64,000 nt of DNA from Gammaproteobacteria bacterium (GTDB taxonomy: Bacteria; Pseudomonadota; Gammaproteobacteria; UBA4575). Location of the stretch: positions 736,001 through 800,000 of the forward strand of contig CBDCUI010000007.1 of NCBI GenBank assembly GCA_965222615.1. The letters are read 5' to 3'. The translations under genes and the position numbers were made by a program. Under the pieces are notes generated by a model. It was not told the DNA's origin, ran no database searches, and worked only from the letters and a program-made list of their open reading frames with translations. Shown here piece by piece: positions 52,598 to 63,112 of the stretch (positions within the stretch are counted from its first letter, which is position 1; each line of letters starts with the position of its first letter).

Positions 52598-52816
52598 TTG
52601 TTCATTTTCTTTGCTTGTCCAAAGCCTTAATTAAATAGACTAGGGGAACCAAAAGAAAAGACCCCCGAATTTACTTGCCCTTCGGGTTCACTCGCTACAC
52701 AGAATGACTTTACTGTCGGCATGATTCGCATCCTGCTCAGCATGCCTCAAATGAACATCCCTGTTCATTTGTCAGCAGTCTTATCTGCTTGCTCGTCAAG
52801 CAAATAATGGGAATTT
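52598..52816 (+). repeat. Dispersed structured repeat element, copy 2 (most diverged)
   Basis: Same head (with an insertion) and the same stem order as copies 1 and 3, with different paired sequences. Confidence 0.8.
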
Positions 52817-52944
52817 AAGCAGCATCAAAAATGATTGCTTTCGTCCAATAGCAATGGTATGGCCTCCCTCAACTTTAAACGGCATCGTAATGTGCCCATA
52901 CTGGAAGCGATAGAACCAGTTACTTTGAATAAAGGAGACCATAC

Positions 52945-53979
52945 ATGAACAAGATTACACGCATGGGTGTGGATTTGGCAAAGCATGTTTTTCAACTACA
53001 CGGGGTGGATCGCACGGGAAAGTGCGTATTCAAACGACGCTTATCTCGAAGCAAGTGGCTTAAGGTATTAGTGGAGCATGTTGAACCGGGTGGTGAGATT
53101 GGCATGGAGGCCTGTTCGGGTGCACACCACTGGGCTCGTGTATTACAACAACGAGGCTATGTGGTGAAATTGATTGCACCCCAGTTTGTAAAGCCTTATG
53201 TAAAGAGCAACAAGAATGATGCCAACGATGCCGAAGCCATTTGCGAAGCCATGAGTCGCCCCAACATGCGCTTTGTCACGATCAAAAGTATTGAACAGCA
53301 AGACATTCAGGCCCTGCATCGTGTGCGTAATACTTTGGTGCAACAACGCACCGCTAAAGCCAATCAGATTCGAGGCTTAGTGAGTGAATATGGCTTAGTC
53401 GCACCCCAACAGTTACATCGATTACGCGCTGCAATACCGACTTGGTTAGAAGACGGAGAGAATGGCTTAACGCCACACTTTCGTTCTTTACTACAGGGAC
53501 TTCAACATGACGTACTAACATTAGATGCGCGTGTAAAAGAACTTGATCAAACGATTGAACAACAGGCCAAACAAAACGAAGTCACCAAGCGTCTACAACA
53601 GCTACGAGGGGTCGGGCCGATGGTGGCCACAGCATTGATTGCCACGGTAGGCGATGCCAAACAATACAAGAGCAGTCGCCAGATGGCGGCAGCCTTAGGC
53701 TTAACCCCCAGACAACACAGTTCAGGCAATAAAGAGCGTTTACTGGAAATCAGTAAACGCGGCGATGCCTATCTGCGCACCTTACTCATTCACGGAGCAA
53801 GGGCTGTCGTCTCGCAAGCGAAACATAAAGAGGATCGATTGAGTCAGTGGGTCACGCATCTTTCTAAAACCAAACATACGAATGTGGCCGCTGTCGCACT
53901 GGCGAATAAAACCGTGCGTATGGCATTTGCAATGTTGCGAGATGAAAGTGAATATGATCCGAACTTTGCGCTTATGTGA
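52945..53979 (+). CDS. IS110 family transposase/recombinase
   Basis: GVDLAK, MEAC, KNDANDA (DEDD), GVG, GLTP..HSSG. Confidence 0.97.
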   Translation: MNKITRMGVDLAKHVFQLHGVDRTGKCVFKRRLSRSKWLKVLVEHVEPGGEIGMEACSGAHHWARVLQQRGYVVKLIAPQFVKPYVKSNKNDANDAEAICEAMSRPNMRFVTIKSIEQQDIQALHRVRNTLVQQRTAKANQIRGLVSEYGLVAPQQLHRLRAAIPTWLEDGENGLTPHFRSLLQGLQHDVLTLDARVKELDQTIEQQAKQNEVTKRLQQLRGVGPMVATALIATVGDAKQYKSSRQMAAALGLTPRQHSSGNKERLLEISKRGDAYLRTLLIHGARAVVSQAKHKEDRLSQWVTHLSKTKHTNVAAVALANKTVRMAFAMLRDESEYDPNFALM

Positions 53980-54019
53980 AATAAAACAATTAACGAAATT
54001 ACATGTACTTACACTTAAG

Positions 54020-54240
54020 AGGATTATCTACCACGATTGCAAAGTAATTTATTAGATGGCAAACCGGTCGAACCGACCTAAGCGTAACCCGTGAATGTCC
54101 AGGTACTTCGAGTACGTAATAGCGATTGGGTGCTTAGGTGCGAATACACCATCCTGGCCCAGCATCAACGCTTGCTATCAATAGAGGCCGAATATACGTG
54201 TGCAGTCGACTCTACTTTGTCATTGAATATTTTGCTTGCA
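54020..54240 (+). ncRNA. Putative bridge RNA/seekRNA of the IS1111 element (boundaries approximate)
   Basis: AATGTCC (54094-54100) and AATAGCG (54118-54124) match both strands of the reconstructed target; ACCAT (54148-54152) and ATATAC (54192-54197) match the joined IS ends. Confidence 0.75.
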
Positions 54241-54275
54241 AACGGAGGGAGGCCATATACGGACATTTTATAAAT

Positions 54276-54581
54276 TCAGCAACATGGAATGCCTGAAATA
54301 ATCATACCGGATAAAATCCAAATAAATAATCCGAGGAATAATAAATAAATTGAAATATCATTTTTAAAAATAGTGGGTAGCATAATCAAAGGCAAACTAA
54401 AAATTGCGAATATCCCTGCAAATAATATATCTGACTTATCTATGCCAAACCTAAAGATTAAGAAAGGACCAAATAAAGCATCATAGTCTGATGGCGGGGA
54501 TCCATAAAGAGAGAAATAGCTTACAAGACCAAATACTAAAAACGCTATTGAAAGTAGAATAAAGTATTTAAATTTTTTCAC
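54276..54581 (-). CDS. Hypothetical AT-rich membrane protein
   Basis: 101 aa with about 3 TM helices; low GC; GTG start. Confidence 0.65.
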   Translation of the reverse strand: MKKFKYFILLSIAFLVFGLVSYFSLYGSPPSDYDALFGPFLIFRFGIDKSDILFAGIFAIFSLPLIMLPTIFKNDISIYLLFLGLFIWILSGMIISGIPCC

Positions 54582-54638
54582 TAATATATTTTTAGAATGG
54601 TTACTTTAGATTGTTAACGGACATACTAGCACCTCTTA

Positions 54639-54889
54639 ATAATTCCCATCCAACTTGGTGAGTAATATCGAAAGCAAGTGAAGGTAAAACATCCATGGAT
54701 GGGTGTTTTAGGCATGTTGCGCCTGGACGGCGTCATCATGCCGGCCAAACTTGCTTGATATTACGAACGTACTCGAAGAGCAAGTTGGTGGGGAAAGGCA
54801 TGTAATTAATGTTTAAGCGCTAGTAATTTAAGTCTAGCAAGGGCACTTTTCTTTTGGTTCGTTTTCTTTGGGCAAGCAAAGAAAATGAA
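54639..54889 (-). repeat. Dispersed structured repeat element, copy 3
   Basis: Reverse complement shares head, core and tail with copy 1, plus an insertion after the head. Confidence 0.88.
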
Positions 54890-54959
54890 TGAAACATTTT
54901 AAATGTTTTTATTTAGTGAATCGTACGTTCACTTCTTGCCTAATGTAAAGAGTAGCAAA

Positions 54960-56534
54960 TCAATGCCTAAAATGTCTCATCCCTGTGAAAACCATTGCCA
55001 TCTCATGTTCATCCACTGCTTTAATAACTTCATCATCGTTGACCGATCCACCTGGCTGAATAATCGCTGCAATGCCGATTTCATGCGCGGCATCTATCGC
55101 ATCTCGAAATGGGAAGAATGCATCTGAAGCCATTACTGATCCTGCAACTGGTAAATTCTCATCCTGAGCTTTTAGAGCGGCGACTTTTGCAGAGTATACT
55201 CGGCTCATTTGCCCTGCACCTACACCAATAGTTTGCTGATTGTGCGCATAGACAATGGCATTCGACTTGATGAATTTAACTACCTTCCAGGCAAATAATA
55301 GGTCGCGTATCTCGTCATCCGTAGGAGTACGTTTTGATACAACTTTTAAATCGTCTTTTTCGACCACGCCAAGGTCACGATCCTGAACTAGTAATCCCCC
55401 TAGCACACGTTTGTAATCAAAAGATGAAATGGTGTTTAACCAGGTGCCACATTCCAGTACACGAACGTTTTTCTTGCCTGCTAATACTTCACGTGCAGCA
55501 AAGGAAATAATTGGAGCAACTAGCACTTCAACAAATTGACGATCAGTAATAGATTTAGCAGTTTGCTCGTCGAGTTCTTTATTAAAGGCGATTATGCCAC
55601 CAAAGGCGGAGGTTGGATCGGTTTGATAGGCTAGTTCGTAAGCTTGCAATATATCGTTGCCTACAGCTACTCCACATGGGTTGGCATGCTTTACGATTAC
55701 GCAGGCCGGAGAAGTAAATTGCCTTACACATTCCAATGCAGCATCGGTGTCTGCAACGTTATTAAATGATAGCTCTTTACCTTGCAGTACTTTCGAGGTC
55801 GCAACACTAGCTTCTAGCGCCCCTTCCTCTACATAAAACGCACCACGTTGATGAGGATTTTCGCCATAACGTAAAATTTGAGCTTGATGGAATTGAAGAT
55901 TTAAGGTTCGAGGAAATGTCTCATTACTACTGGGTAGTTTTTTGCCAAGATAATTGGCAACCATGCCATCATATTGTGCAGTGTATTCAAAGGCTTTAAC
56001 AGCAAGATTGAATCTTAACTCATCATCAACTGCACCATCATTACTACGCAGCATATCTAAAATATTGGCATAATCAGTTGGGTCTACGACAACGGCGACA
56101 TGCGTATGATTTTTGGCGGCGGCACGCAACATTGCAGGACCACCAATATCAATATTTTCAATTGCATCTTCCAAAGTGCAATTAGGTTTTGCAATAGTTG
56201 CTGCAAATGGGTAAAGATTGATTACTACTAAATCGATGGGATCAATGTCATGTTGTTGCATGACTTTTGCATCGACATCTCGACGACCAAGTATTCCACC
56301 ATGAATTTTTGGATGTAAGGTTTTGACACGTCCATCCATAATTTCTGGAAAGCCCGTATGCTCGGAAACTTGTGTGATTTTTAGACCATTTTCATTAAGT
56401 AATTTAGCAGTGCCTCCTGTCGATAAGATTTCAATGTCGAATTTACTCAACTCTTGAGCGAACTCGACGATGCCGGTTTTGTCGGAAACACTGATTAGTG
56501 CACGACGAATCGTCTGCCTACTGGAACTAGCCAA
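54960..56534 (-). CDS. purH: Bifunctional AICAR transformylase/IMP cyclohydrolase
   Basis: [29 protein letters not shown]. Confidence 0.98.
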   Translation of the reverse strand: MASSSRQTIRRALISVSDKTGIVEFAQELSKFDIEILSTGGTAKLLNENGLKITQVSEHTGFPEIMDGRVKTLHPKIHGGILGRRDVDAKVMQQHDIDPIDLVVINLYPFAATIAKPNCTLEDAIENIDIGGPAMLRAAAKNHTHVAVVVDPTDYANILDMLRSNDGAVDDELRFNLAVKAFEYTAQYDGMVANYLGKKLPSSNETFPRTLNLQFHQAQILRYGENPHQRGAFYVEEGALEASVATSKVLQGKELSFNNVADTDAALECVRQFTSPACVIVKHANPCGVAVGNDILQAYELAYQTDPTSAFGGIIAFNKELDEQTAKSITDRQFVEVLVAPIISFAAREVLAGKKNVRVLECGTWLNTISSFDYKRVLGGLLVQDRDLGVVEKDDLKVVSKRTPTDDEIRDLLFAWKVVKFIKSNAIVYAHNQQTIGVGAGQMSRVYSAKVAALKAQDENLPVAGSVMASDAFFPFRDAIDAAHEIGIAAIIQPGGSVNDDEVIKAVDEHEMAMVFTGMRHFRH

Positions 56535-56563
56535 AGAGCTAATCTAGAAAGAGGAAAAGGCTA

Positions 56564-56845
56564 TTAATTTAGCCCATACATTTTAAGCTTTTTTCGAAGA
56601 GTGCCGCGATTTAGGCCTAAATACCGTGCTGCCTTGGTCTGATTACCGTTGCAATATTGCATAACTGACTCAAGCAAGGGGCGCTCTACTTCCTCTATGA
56701 ACATTTTATAGAGGTCTTCAGGCTCATGACCGCTTAATTGGTTTAAATAAAGACGTAAAGAATTTGTAACCGTATCACGTAATGGTTGTTTGCGGCGTTC
56801 GCTATGTAAGTTGGTTACTTGTGCGGTAGAAAACGATGCAATCAT
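56564..56845 (-). CDS. fis: DNA-binding protein Fis
   Basis: GNQTKAA..LGLNRGTLRKKLK; downstream of dusB. Confidence 0.95.
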   Translation of the reverse strand: MIASFSTAQVTNLHSERRKQPLRDTVTNSLRLYLNQLSGHEPEDLYKMFIEEVERPLLESVMQYCNGNQTKAARYLGLNRGTLRKKLKMYGLN

Positions 56846-57831
56846 GCGGCTAACTCCATGTTGTATGCTTGCGGATACTTAAAGAAAGACGATAACAATT
56901 GTTTTTGTTGCAACGCATTGTCAGTTCGTAACAACTTATCTTTAAATATCGCATAGCTTGTAAATTTTTTTAAGTACCAGGCGATATGTTTTCGAGCAAC
57001 ACGAACTCCCACTTCTTTTCCATAATGTGAATACAAACCATCAAGGTGTACTTGTATTACGTTTTCGATTTCTTCCAATGAGGGTGTGGGCAACGTCTTG
57101 TTATTTTTTAAATAGTAATTTACTTGGTTAAAGATCCAAGGATTACCTTGCGCTGCTCTTCCTATCATAATCGCATTTGCTTCAGTAAAAGCCAAGACCT
57201 TTTTTGCAATTTCTGGTGAATTAATATCACCATTTGCAATTATTGGAATCCCGACCACACTTTTGACTTGTTTAATGGTTTCATATTCAACTTTACCTTT
57301 ATATAGGCATTGACGTGTGCGGCCATGTATGGCAAGCGCTTGTATGCCGATAGATTCAGCAATTATTGCAATGTTTTTAGCATTGCGACGTTGTGGAGAG
57401 ATACCTGTACGAATTTTTAAAGTAACTGGTACGTCAACTGCATTCACTACAGCTTTTAAAATTGCAGCGACAGTAGTTTCGTTTTCTAATAAAGCCGAAC
57501 CCGCCTTTTTTTTGCAAACTTTCTTAGCGGGGCAACCCATATTGATGTCAATAATTTGCGCACCTTTGTTCACACACACTTGAGCTGCGGTTGCCATCCT
57601 TTTTGGATCAGTGCCTGCAATTTGCACAATACGCGGTTCAGGGTCTGTAGCTTTGATAAGACGCGTATAACTTTTAGGGTTTTGCCATAAAGATATATCA
57701 GAGGTCAGCATTTCGGCAACGGTTGCTCCTGCGCCGTGTTGCATACAGATTTTGCGAAATATTGAATCTGTTATCCCAGCCATAGGGGCTAGTAAAATGT
57801 TACTTTTTAATTTATAGGGTCCAATTTTCAT
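56842..57831 (-). CDS. dusB: tRNA-dihydrouridine synthase B
   Basis: LAPMAG, INMGCP, HGRT, ANGDI. Confidence 0.95.
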   Translation of the reverse strand: MKIGPYKLKSNILLAPMAGITDSIFRKICMQHGAGATVAEMLTSDISLWQNPKSYTRLIKATDPEPRIVQIAGTDPKRMATAAQVCVNKGAQIIDINMGCPAKKVCKKKAGSALLENETTVAAILKAVVNAVDVPVTLKIRTGISPQRRNAKNIAIIAESIGIQALAIHGRTRQCLYKGKVEYETIKQVKSVVGIPIIANGDINSPEIAKKVLAFTEANAIMIGRAAQGNPWIFNQVNYYLKNNKTLPTPSLEEIENVIQVHLDGLYSHYGKEVGVRVARKHIAWYLKKFTSYAIFKDKLLRTDNALQQKQLLSSFFKYPQAYNMELAA

Positions 57832-57856
57832 TGAATTTAGAACCAGTCTAAATTAT

Positions 57857-58648
57857 TTAGTAAAACTCGATTTCATAGGCGATCACCGTACTCCCCGGAT
57901 CAAATACTTCCAAGCGTGCACCAACTGGTTGGTTGGGTTGCATCCTTGCTTCAATTAAGTCTTTGTTTACTAAGTAATCAGCTGGTGAAAAGCGCCGTAT
58001 TGCAACAATTTCTCCATGTGTATTGAGTAAAGCAATTTGTAGAAATGGAAAATGCTGCACATGATCACTTTCATTAACAAAAGAGGTTGTAATCATTAGT
58101 GCATTTTTTACATTTGGGTGAGTAAAAATATTTCGGTTTAATATGCGAACGGTGGATAGGTCACGCTCAGCATTTGAATCACATCCAACTATTGCACAAA
58201 AGTTATTTACCCATGATTGTGGCAGTACACTTACATTTTGCCAGTAAGTAATTTGGCCTAGGAAAAAAAGTGCAAGTGCGATAGAGCCTAACGTCCACAT
58301 TATAATTTGCAAAGGGCTGTTTGCTTTGGCTAATACGTTGCCACCAAAGTCATCTCTAATTACTGTTGGGATTGAGTCTGAATCAATTAAGGTATCTTCA
58401 TCGTCTTGGTGATCGTCATCAATTTCTACATAAGTTTCATTATCAAGCTCTGAATCGACTTCAAACTCATGCTTATACTCAATCTTACTTTCATCTTCAG
58501 ATAACGGTTCCTTATCGTCTTCATGCAGGTGATCAGTACCGTTAAAAATTTCATCACAGATGCCACAACGTACTAAGCCATCGGCCATTTCAAGTAGTTC
58601 CGTGCTGATGCGAAATACGGAGTTACATTCAGGGCATTTGGTATACAT
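57857..58648 (-). CDS. Zinc-ribbon/DUF3426 domain protein
   Basis: CPEC..VRCGIC zinc ribbon, acidic linker, TM helix, RRFSP; between prmA and dusB. Confidence 0.88.
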   Translation of the reverse strand: MYTKCPECNSVFRISTELLEMADGLVRCGICDEIFNGTDHLHEDDKEPLSEDESKIEYKHEFEVDSELDNETYVEIDDDHQDDEDTLIDSDSIPTVIRDDFGGNVLAKANSPLQIIMWTLGSIALALFFLGQITYWQNVSVLPQSWVNNFCAIVGCDSNAERDLSTVRILNRNIFTHPNVKNALMITTSFVNESDHVQHFPFLQIALLNTHGEIVAIRRFSPADYLVNKDLIEARMQPNQPVGARLEVFDPGSTVIAYEIEFY

Positions 58649-58665
58649 GCATGAATTTTTTTATA

Positions 58666-59535
58666 TTAACGCCGAGATACTTCGACTAATAACCATTCTT
58701 TTTTTACGTAAACCTGATCGATACTAAAATGGCTTAAGTAGTGTTGCTTTAACTCTGCTAATTGGGTCTGAAGTATACCGGATAATATTATTTTTCCATC
58801 GGTTGCTAAAGATTTTGCAAATTGCTGCTCAAGATGAATAAGAGGTCGCAGCAAAATATTAGCCATCACCAAATGATAGCCTGTGCCATCCACATCGTCA
58901 GCGTTTATAACGTTGATGGTTTGAAGTGGAACGCGATTGTGTTTGATATTAGTGTAACAAGCTTGTGTTGCTTGAGGGTCATGGTCTATTGCTACAATTG
59001 ATTTGGCGCCTAGATAGTAGGCCGCAATCGCTAAAATACCACTACCACATCCAAAATCCATAACCTGCAAATTGTGCGGTGGATGCTTTGCTAGCCATTC
59101 AAGACATAGAGCGGTGCTTGGATGAGTGCCTGTACCAAATGCAATTCCTGAGTCGAGTCGAATATTGATCGCAAACGGATCGGGCGTAATACACCAGCTC
59201 GGGCAAACCCAAAGGCGCTTGCCAAAGTGCATAGGCTGGAAGTCTTGTTTGTAAGTGTTTTGCCAATCGTGATCGTGAACAGTTTGTTGCGAAATCTCAA
59301 TTGAGCAAGCCAGAACTTGTTCAAGTGTATCCTGAATTAATTGCAGTTCTATATATTTATCAAAGAGTGCAGTAACTAATATATGTTTCCACAACGGTGT
59401 TTTGTTTAGCTCCTGTACGAAAACGGATTCGTTTTTTGCATCGTGTAAGCTGATTGATGATGCGCCGAGTTCTTCTAAAACCGCTTCCACGGCGATATGT
59501 TGTGTCGTGGTAACGCATAGGTTAATTTCAAACAC
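58666..59535 (-). CDS. prmA: Ribosomal protein L11 methyltransferase
   Basis: AFGTGTHPST, DFGCGSGIL, ANIL, SGIL. Confidence 0.96.
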   Translation of the reverse strand: MFEINLCVTTTQHIAVEAVLEELGASSISLHDAKNESVFVQELNKTPLWKHILVTALFDKYIELQLIQDTLEQVLACSIEISQQTVHDHDWQNTYKQDFQPMHFGKRLWVCPSWCITPDPFAINIRLDSGIAFGTGTHPSTALCLEWLAKHPPHNLQVMDFGCGSGILAIAAYYLGAKSIVAIDHDPQATQACYTNIKHNRVPLQTINVINADDVDGTGYHLVMANILLRPLIHLEQQFAKSLATDGKIILSGILQTQLAELKQHYLSHFSIDQVYVKKEWLLVEVSRR

Positions 59536-59552
59536 AAGTATGTGAGAAGAAG

Positions 59553-60893
59553 CTATTCTTTAAGCTTATTTTCAAGGTAGTGAATGTTATGGTTGGCGTC
59601 CGCAAATACGGGATCACGCATTAAGTCTTGCAATAAAGGGATGTTGGTCGTAATGCCATCAATTACAATTTCATGTAAAGCACCTGTCATGCGTGTAATA
59701 GCTCCATCACGACTATGTCCTGCGGCAAGTAATTTTCCAATCATTGAATCATAATGCGGTGGTACGGTGTACCCATTATATAGATGTGTATCCACACGAA
59801 TGCCTGGTCCACCTGGGCAGTGAAAATGCGTAATCTTCCCTGGGCATGGGATAAATTTATAAGGGTCCTCGGCATTAATTCGACACTCAATTGCATGGCC
59901 ACGAATCTTGATGTCGTCTTGGGTAAAAGAGAGTTTATCTCCTGAAGCTATTAAGAGCTGTTGTTTTACAATATCAATTCCTGTGATCATTTCCGTTACA
60001 GGGTGTTCAACCTGCACACGAGTGTTCATTTCGATGAAATAAAATTCACCATTTGCATATAAAAACTCAAAAGTTCCGGCGCCGCAATAACCAATCTGTC
60101 GACAAGCTTCGGTAATTCGCTCACCAATTTGATTTCGTTGTTCAACAGTAACGCCAAAGGCAGGGGCTTCCTCAATAACTTTTTGATTACGGCGTTGCAT
60201 CGAGCAATCCCGTTCACAAAGATGTATGGCATTACCGTATGTATCAGCTAGTACTTGGAACTCCACGTGTCGAGGTGCCTGTAAAAATTTTTCCATAAAC
60301 AGGCGGTCGTCATTAAATGCGGCTCCGGCTTCTGTTCGGGTTAACGAAATTGCCTCTTCTAATTCGCTTTCACTCTCCACTACCCGCATACCGCGTCCAC
60401 CACCACCACCGGCTGCTTTGACCATAACCGGAAAGCCAATTTCCAATGCAATTTCTCTGGCCCTGCTCATGTCATCACCAATCGGTTCAATAGTGCCTGG
60501 CACACAAGGCACTCCTGCTGCCTCCATTGCTTTTTTCGCAGCAATTTTGTCACCCATCATGCGAATGGTTTCTGACTTGGGCCCTATAAAAGTGAAACCA
60601 CTGGATTCAACAATTTCAGCAAATTCTGCGTTTTCAGATAGAAAACCATAGCCTGGATGAATGGCCGTTGCATCGGTTACTTCTGCCGCGCTAATGATGG
60701 CAGGAATATTTAAATAGCTATCTGTCGCGGGAGCTGGGCCTACACAGACTGATTCATCTGCCATACCGATATGCATTAAGTCTCGGTCAGCTTCAGAGTG
60801 AATGGCTACGGTTTTAATTCCCATATCGCGACATGCGCGTAAGATACGCAAAGCGATTTCACCACGATTAGCAATGACTACTTTTTTTAACAC
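59553..60893 (-). CDS. accC: Acetyl-CoA carboxylase biotin carboxylase
   Basis: [23 protein letters not shown]. Confidence 0.98.
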   Translation of the reverse strand: MLKKVVIANRGEIALRILRACRDMGIKTVAIHSEADRDLMHIGMADESVCVGPAPATDSYLNIPAIISAAEVTDATAIHPGYGFLSENAEFAEIVESSGFTFIGPKSETIRMMGDKIAAKKAMEAAGVPCVPGTIEPIGDDMSRAREIALEIGFPVMVKAAGGGGGRGMRVVESESELEEAISLTRTEAGAAFNDDRLFMEKFLQAPRHVEFQVLADTYGNAIHLCERDCSMQRRNQKVIEEAPAFGVTVEQRNQIGERITEACRQIGYCGAGTFEFLYANGEFYFIEMNTRVQVEHPVTEMITGIDIVKQQLLIASGDKLSFTQDDIKIRGHAIECRINAEDPYKFIPCPGKITHFHCPGGPGIRVDTHLYNGYTVPPHYDSMIGKLLAAGHSRDGAITRMTGALHEIVIDGITTNIPLLQDLMRDPVFADANHNIHYLENKLKE

Positions 60894-60914
60894 AGGGCTT
60901 GATTTAGTCAGTAA

Positions 60915-61367
60915 TTAGTCAATTACAAACAGTGCCTGTCCATATTCAACAGGCTGTCCATTCTCAACCAACACAGTTTTGACAACACCGGTTTTATCGG
61001 CTTCAATTTGGTTTAACATTTTCATCGCTTCAATTATGCATAGGGTGTCACCAACCTCTACTGATTGCCCTACTTCAACAAAAGGTTTTTGTCCTGGTGC
61101 AGGAGCTTCGTAAAACGTGCCTACCATGGGGGAATTTACCGTGTGTTCCGTTGACATGACAACGGTTTCATCAGTTACTGGTGTTTCTATAGGTGAAGGA
61201 GTTGAAACTAGTGGTGCAGGGTTAGTTTGCGGCACAATAATTTGGCTGCTACTAGAAGTATTACCACGACTGATGCGTACAGATTCTTCACCTTCTTTGA
61301 TTTCAATTTCGGCCATGCCGGATTCTTCTAGCAACTCGATTAATTTTTTTACTTTACGAATATCCAT
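60915..61367 (-). CDS. accB: Biotin carboxyl carrier protein
   Basis: [13 protein letters not shown]. Confidence 0.98.
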   Translation of the reverse strand: MDIRKVKKLIELLEESGMAEIEIKEGEESVRISRGNTSSSSQIIVPQTNPAPLVSTPSPIETPVTDETVVMSTEHTVNSPMVGTFYEAPAPGQKPFVEVGQSVEVGDTLCIIEAMKMLNQIEADKTGVVKTVLVENGQPVEYGQALFVID

Positions 61368-61369
61368 GC

Positions 61370-61813
61370 TTAATTCTCAGATAATTTATAGTCGGCAGCT
61401 GTGACTGCAAGTTCGTATCCAAGTGCTCCCATACCCGATATCACGCCAACGGCGATATCGGATAAAAACGAATGTTGGCGAAATTCTTCACGTGCAAACA
61501 CATTAGAAAGGTGTAGTTCAATGAATGGAATATCGACACCTAGCAGCGCATCACGTAAGGCAATACTAGTATGCGTAAAAGCACCTGGATTAAAAATAAT
61601 CATCTGCACACCATCTTGTTTGGCTTGATGAATGCGATTTACTAATTCATGTTCAGCATTGCTTTGGAAGTCTTCTAGTTGATGCCCCAATTGCGTCGCA
61701 GCCTGGTATGCACGCTGAATCACATCAGACAAGGATTCGTAGCCATAGACCTCGGGCTCACGCTGACCCAATAGGTTTAGATTTGGGCCATTTAATAGTA
61801 GAAGTTTGAGCAT
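61370..61813 (-). CDS. aroQ: Type II 3-dehydroquinate dehydratase
   Basis: [20 protein letters not shown]. Confidence 0.97.
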   Translation of the reverse strand: MLKLLLLNGPNLNLLGQREPEVYGYESLSDVIQRAYQAATQLGHQLEDFQSNAEHELVNRIHQAKQDGVQMIIFNPGAFTHTSIALRDALLGVDIPFIELHLSNVFAREEFRQHSFLSDIAVGVISGMGALGYELAVTAADYKLSEN

Positions 61814-62036
61814 ATTTGTGGCTATTTCGCTGCGATTTGTTGTTAATTTGCAGGTTTATTAGATTATTTCTAAGTTTACATGAAATTTATGAGAGTGACA
61901 GTCTATTTTTATAAAATAGGCGATTTCTCAGAAATTCAAAGAAGTTAGTAGCAAGATAGCGAAATTTTAATAACACTCGACCAAATACTTGAATTGTCAT
62001 ACAAAAAATAATAACTATGTAACTCAATTAGTGCAG

Positions 62037-62063
62037 GAACTCACTGTTTTAAAAAAACTCTAA
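62037..62063 (+). promoter_or_regulatory. Putative sigmaE/ECF-type promoter of msrA
   Basis: GAACTC-N16-TCTAA, 42 nt upstream of the ATG. Confidence 0.5.
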
Positions 62064-62105
62064 AAAGAGCAAAGCCTCATTTAAATCTTTAAATATCAAT
62101 TACTT

Positions 62106-62780
62106 ATGCAATCCAAAATAATCGCCATCGTTACAACTGTGATTTGTATTGCCTTGTTAGCCAATTGGGCTTGGTCTGAGAAATCTGACGGAGAAGTCGA
62201 AGTCGACAGTCAGCATGCTAAGGCCATTTTTGCTGGGGGTTGTTTTTGGTGTATGGAACCACCATTCGACAAATTGGATGGGGTCTTGTCAACGGTATCA
62301 GGCTATACCGGGGGCCACACTGAAAATCCTACTTATAAACAGGTGTCATCTGATATTACGGGTCATTATGAAGTCGTCGAGGTTACCTACGACCCCAATA
62401 AAATTGATTATGCAACGTTGCTAAATGTTTTTTGGCATAACGTTGACCCATTAAATGATCGGGGGCAGTTTTGTGATAATGGAAATAGTTATCGCACAGC
62501 GATATTTTATTTAAATGATGAGCAAAAAAAACTCGCCGAAAATTCAAAACAAGAACTCATGGAATCAAACTATTTCAAAGATGAGATTGTAACGGTGATA
62601 GAAGCTGCAAAAACATTTTATCCAGCCGAGGATTATCATCAGAATTATTACCAAGTGAACCCTATTCGTTACAAATACTACCGTTTTGCATGTGGCCGTG
62701 ATAAACGCCTTAAAGAGTTATGGGGGGGATCTGCTGGAAAAGCTGGTCCATTGATACCATCTTTAGATCTCGCACACTAG
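62106..62780 (+). CDS. msrA: Peptide methionine sulfoxide reductase MsrA, probably exported; C-terminal tail derives from the repeat array
   Basis: N-terminal signal-like segment, GGCFWC, AEDYHQNY. Confidence 0.95.
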   Translation: MQSKIIAIVTTVICIALLANWAWSEKSDGEVEVDSQHAKAIFAGGCFWCMEPPFDKLDGVLSTVSGYTGGHTENPTYKQVSSDITGHYEVVEVTYDPNKIDYATLLNVFWHNVDPLNDRGQFCDNGNSYRTAIFYLNDEQKKLAENSKQELMESNYFKDEIVTVIEAAKTFYPAEDYHQNYYQVNPIRYKYYRFACGRDKRLKELWGGSAGKAGPLIPSLDLAH

Positions 62781-63112
62781 CCGCTGCAACTAAGGCTGGT
62801 CCGTTAATACCAACCACTGGTCTCGCACGTTAATCACTGCTGGAAAAGCTGGTCCATTAATACCATCTTTAGAACTCGCACACTAACCGCTGCAACCAAG
62901 GCGGGGCCATTAGTCCCAACAACAGGTCTTGCACGTTAATTGCTGCTACGAAAGCGGGACCACTTGTACCAACCATTGACCCGGCACATTAATCGCTGCA
63001 ACCAAGGCGGGGCTATTAGTCCCAACAACAGGTCTTGCACGTTAATTGCTGCTACGAAAGTAGGACCACTTGTACTAACCACCGACCACGCACACTAACC
63101 GCTGCAACCAGG
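62728..63112 (+). repeat. 53-bp tandem repeat array (7 full units plus a partial unit)
   Basis: Units end in TAG/TAA at 62780, 62833, 62886, 62939, 62992, 63045 and 63098. Confidence 0.95.

Larger units (their letters stand above)
52852..54259 (+). mobile_element. IS110 family, IS1111 group insertion sequence (~1408 bp)
   Basis: Sub-terminal inverted repeats ATGGCCTCCCTC (52859-52870) and GAGGGAGGCCAT (54245-54256); ends placed 7 and 3 nt outside them by the IS1111 rule; no target duplication; long 3' non-coding region. Confidence 0.93.

Noticed and set aside
54091-54273. 60-aa ORF at the IS right end
   Set aside because: It overlaps the predicted bridge/seek RNA and crosses the IS boundary.
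62728-63112. 53-nt array as a CRISPR array
   Set aside because: Whole units are homologous, with no constant repeat plus unique spacer, and there are no cas genes in the window.
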